DNA of 64,000 nucleotides from Verrucomicrobiota bacterium. Lineage in GTDB: Bacteria; Verrucomicrobiota; Verrucomicrobiia; Opitutales; Coraliomargaritaceae. A program made the position numbers and the translations under genes. The stretch lies in assembly GCA_039815375.1 (NCBI GenBank), contig JBCBZJ010000012.1, positions 24,504-88,503 on the forward strand, in the 5' to 3' direction. Within the stretch, counting starts at the first letter, position 1; each line of letters starts with the position of its first letter. This document shows positions 62,175 through 64,000 of the stretch, piece by piece. The notes beneath the pieces were generated by a model, which had not been told where the DNA came from, ran no database searches, and saw nothing but the letters and a program-made list of their open reading frames with translations.

Positions 62175-63302
62175 TTGTTTGTTGAAGGGAACCTTGAGAA
62201 GGCAACATCTGGCGTTTACAAGAGTGCTATTAACAAATCGTCGACAACTCACAACTTAGTAATCGGAGCTGGCCTTGCTGGCTGCACAGTGGCGCGTCGT
62301 CTTCAAAAAAGAGGCGAAAGCTTCCGCATTATAGGTAGCTCTGCCATGCCTGCTGCCTTCGATGTTGCCGCCGGTATTATCAACCCGGTCACCGGTCGTT
62401 GGATGACGAAGTCCTGGCGCTTCGATAACTTCGCGGCAGAAGCGGAAAGGTTCTACCGCGAAATCGAAAAAGAGCTTTCCATTGAAATCTATCACCCCAT
62501 CCCCGAGGCTCGTTTTTGTCTCAATGCCGAAGACGCCAAGCGCGCTCAACGACGCATTAGAAATCCGCGCTACGCCAATGTGCTGGGTGGCTTCACGCCG
62601 AAGGGCGAAGCACATCCTGCCATTCAGGACGAATATGGCAGTTTCCATATTGTCGGCGCTGCCTATGTCGATTTACCCAAGCTGGTTAACGCGCTACGAG
62701 CCGCCTTCAACTCACATGGTCATTTGCAGGATGAACTCTTTGAGCACAGCAAGCTCTCGAAACAGACCAACGGTTGGCTTTATCAAGACGTGGTCTACCG
62801 GCGCGTCATCTTTTGCGAAGGTGCCGCACTCACGAAAAATCCGTGGTTCGGTCAGCTCCCGCTTGCCCCTGCCAAAGGCGAGACCCTGCTGTGTCGATGC
62901 AAAAACCTCGAGTTACCGATGCAGCTCATCCATCACCGGAAATGGATTCTACCTTACGCCAACGGCCGCTTTCGTATCGGCGCAACCTACGACGAGAGCG
63001 ATCTGAGCGAAGACCCGACCGATACGGCAGCCGGGGAACTTCTAAGCGGATTTGATGCAGCAACCACCGAACCACACCAGCCTGAAGTAGTGAAACACCT
63101 TGCCGGAATTCGACCCGGCACACAAGACGCCCACCCATTTCTCGGACAACACCCGCAGCAGCTTGGCCTTTTCATCATGAACGGCCTTGGCTCCAAAGGC
63201 ACATCGCTTGCACCTACGCTCAGCCGCGAACTACTGGAACATATCTTCGAAGGAATCCCTCTACACAAAGAAGCAGACATTGCCCGCCTCTCATGCGACT
63301 GA
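62175..63302 (+). CDS. FAD-dependent oxidoreductase (DAO family, MnmC-oxidase-like); start uncertain
   Basis: IGAGLAG, AAGIINPVTGR, PAKGE.L, IGATY, AGIRP, NGLGSKG. Confidence 0.88.
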   Translation: MFVEGNLEKATSGVYKSAINKSSTTHNLVIGAGLAGCTVARRLQKRGESFRIIGSSAMPAAFDVAAGIINPVTGRWMTKSWRFDNFAAEAERFYREIEKELSIEIYHPIPEARFCLNAEDAKRAQRRIRNPRYANVLGGFTPKGEAHPAIQDEYGSFHIVGAAYVDLPKLVNALRAAFNSHGHLQDELFEHSKLSKQTNGWLYQDVVYRRVIFCEGAALTKNPWFGQLPLAPAKGETLLCRCKNLELPMQLIHHRKWILPYANGRFRIGATYDESDLSEDPTDTAAGELLSGFDAATTEPHQPEVVKHLAGIRPGTQDAHPFLGQHPQQLGLFIMNGLGSKGTSLAPTLSRELLEHIFEGIPLHKEADIARLSCD

Positions 63303-63997
63303 CACAAAAAGTCCATCAACATCTTGAAACCATCGTTGAAGCGGGTGAAACCTGTATTGATGCCACGGCAGGTAACGGGCACGACACATTGCTTATGGCA
63401 CAACTCGTGGGCCCAAATGGCCGCGTTATCGCCATCGACATTCAAGCTCAAGCCATCGACGCAACGGAAAGGCGCCTAGCCAAAGCCAACCAACTCGCGG
63501 TCTGCGAGCTTATTCTCGGAGACCACTCTGAAGAACTGGAACGACTCCAGGCCACCATTGAGGGAACAGTTCGCGCCCTCACTTTTAATCTCGGTTACCT
63601 TCCCGGTGGGGATAAGCATCTCATATCCATCCCGGAGAAAACAATCCAGGCTCTCGAGGCCTCCACCCGATTATTGTGTTCGGGTGGCACTCTCTTCGTC
63701 ACGGCTTACCGCGGCCACCCCGGAGGCGAGCTTGAAGCAAAGCAAGTGGAACAATGGATGGACCGTTTTCAGAGAGCCGGATGGGACATCGAAACGCATA
63801 AGCCAGCAACGCAGGAGATTAAATCCATGCCGCCGATTCTGTGGATTGCGAAAAAACCTGAAGCTGATCGAACGGGCCTATCCAGCTTTACGAGCCCTTC
63901 CACCACTAAATGTAATGTCCTTGTTTCGCCTTTCGTGTTTTTATGGGCAATGGTTTTGGATATGCGTTTCTTGGATTGCAGTTCTCTGAGCGGATAA
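63293..63997 (+). CDS. Class I SAM methyltransferase, YtqB/MnmM-like
   Basis: IDATAGNGHDT, DIQ.QA...T, FNLGYLPGGDK, Y.GH.GG..E, PP.L. Confidence 0.88.
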   Translation: MRLTQKVHQHLETIVEAGETCIDATAGNGHDTLLMAQLVGPNGRVIAIDIQAQAIDATERRLAKANQLAVCELILGDHSEELERLQATIEGTVRALTFNLGYLPGGDKHLISIPEKTIQALEASTRLLCSGGTLFVTAYRGHPGGELEAKQVEQWMDRFQRAGWDIETHKPATQEIKSMPPILWIAKKPEADRTGLSSFTSPSTTKCNVLVSPFVFLWAMVLDMRFLDCSSLSG

Positions 63998-64000
63998 AGC

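Noticed and set aside
63860..63997. Extra C-terminal domain on the methyltransferase
   Set aside because: The sequence after PPILWIAKK looks like read-through into intergenic DNA at the window edge; cannot be supported

Overview
Bacterial chromosome segment, most likely Verrucomicrobiota (Opitutales/Coraliomargarita-like). This is inferred from an Amuc_1098-1102-type secretin/PilM cluster and Verrucomicrobia-style secreted proteins. Most of the window is housekeeping: ppc, pyc, hisI, tkt, glgP, prfB (with programmed frameshift), queA, rmuC, truA, ruvC, secA, recF, zwf/opcA. The main accessory feature is an AT-richer island at about 16.0-22.2 kb. It is a 10-cassette integron array with recognisable attC sites (R''/L''/L'/R' boxes, an extra base in L'', and complementarity between each cassette's start and its own R''). 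No intact integrase is present in the window; there is only a possible 49-codon divergent intI 5' remnant and an attI-like site. The first cassette has a co-varied GAT/ATC core, and the array also has a 30-bp mini-attC, an ORF-less cassette, a toxin-antitoxin cassette and a deleted distal end. Other points of interest: a RAYT transposase with GTAG-type REPs whose GTAG supplies the stop codons of two convergent genes; a ~150-bp dispersed IS-end-like repeat in two copies; a DUF3891/RidA/YhhQ/amidohydrolase cluster; an S8 protease next to the Amuc_1100-type operon; and a DAO-type oxidase plus MnmM-like methyltransferase pair. All product calls come from motif recognition by eye; no database searches were run.
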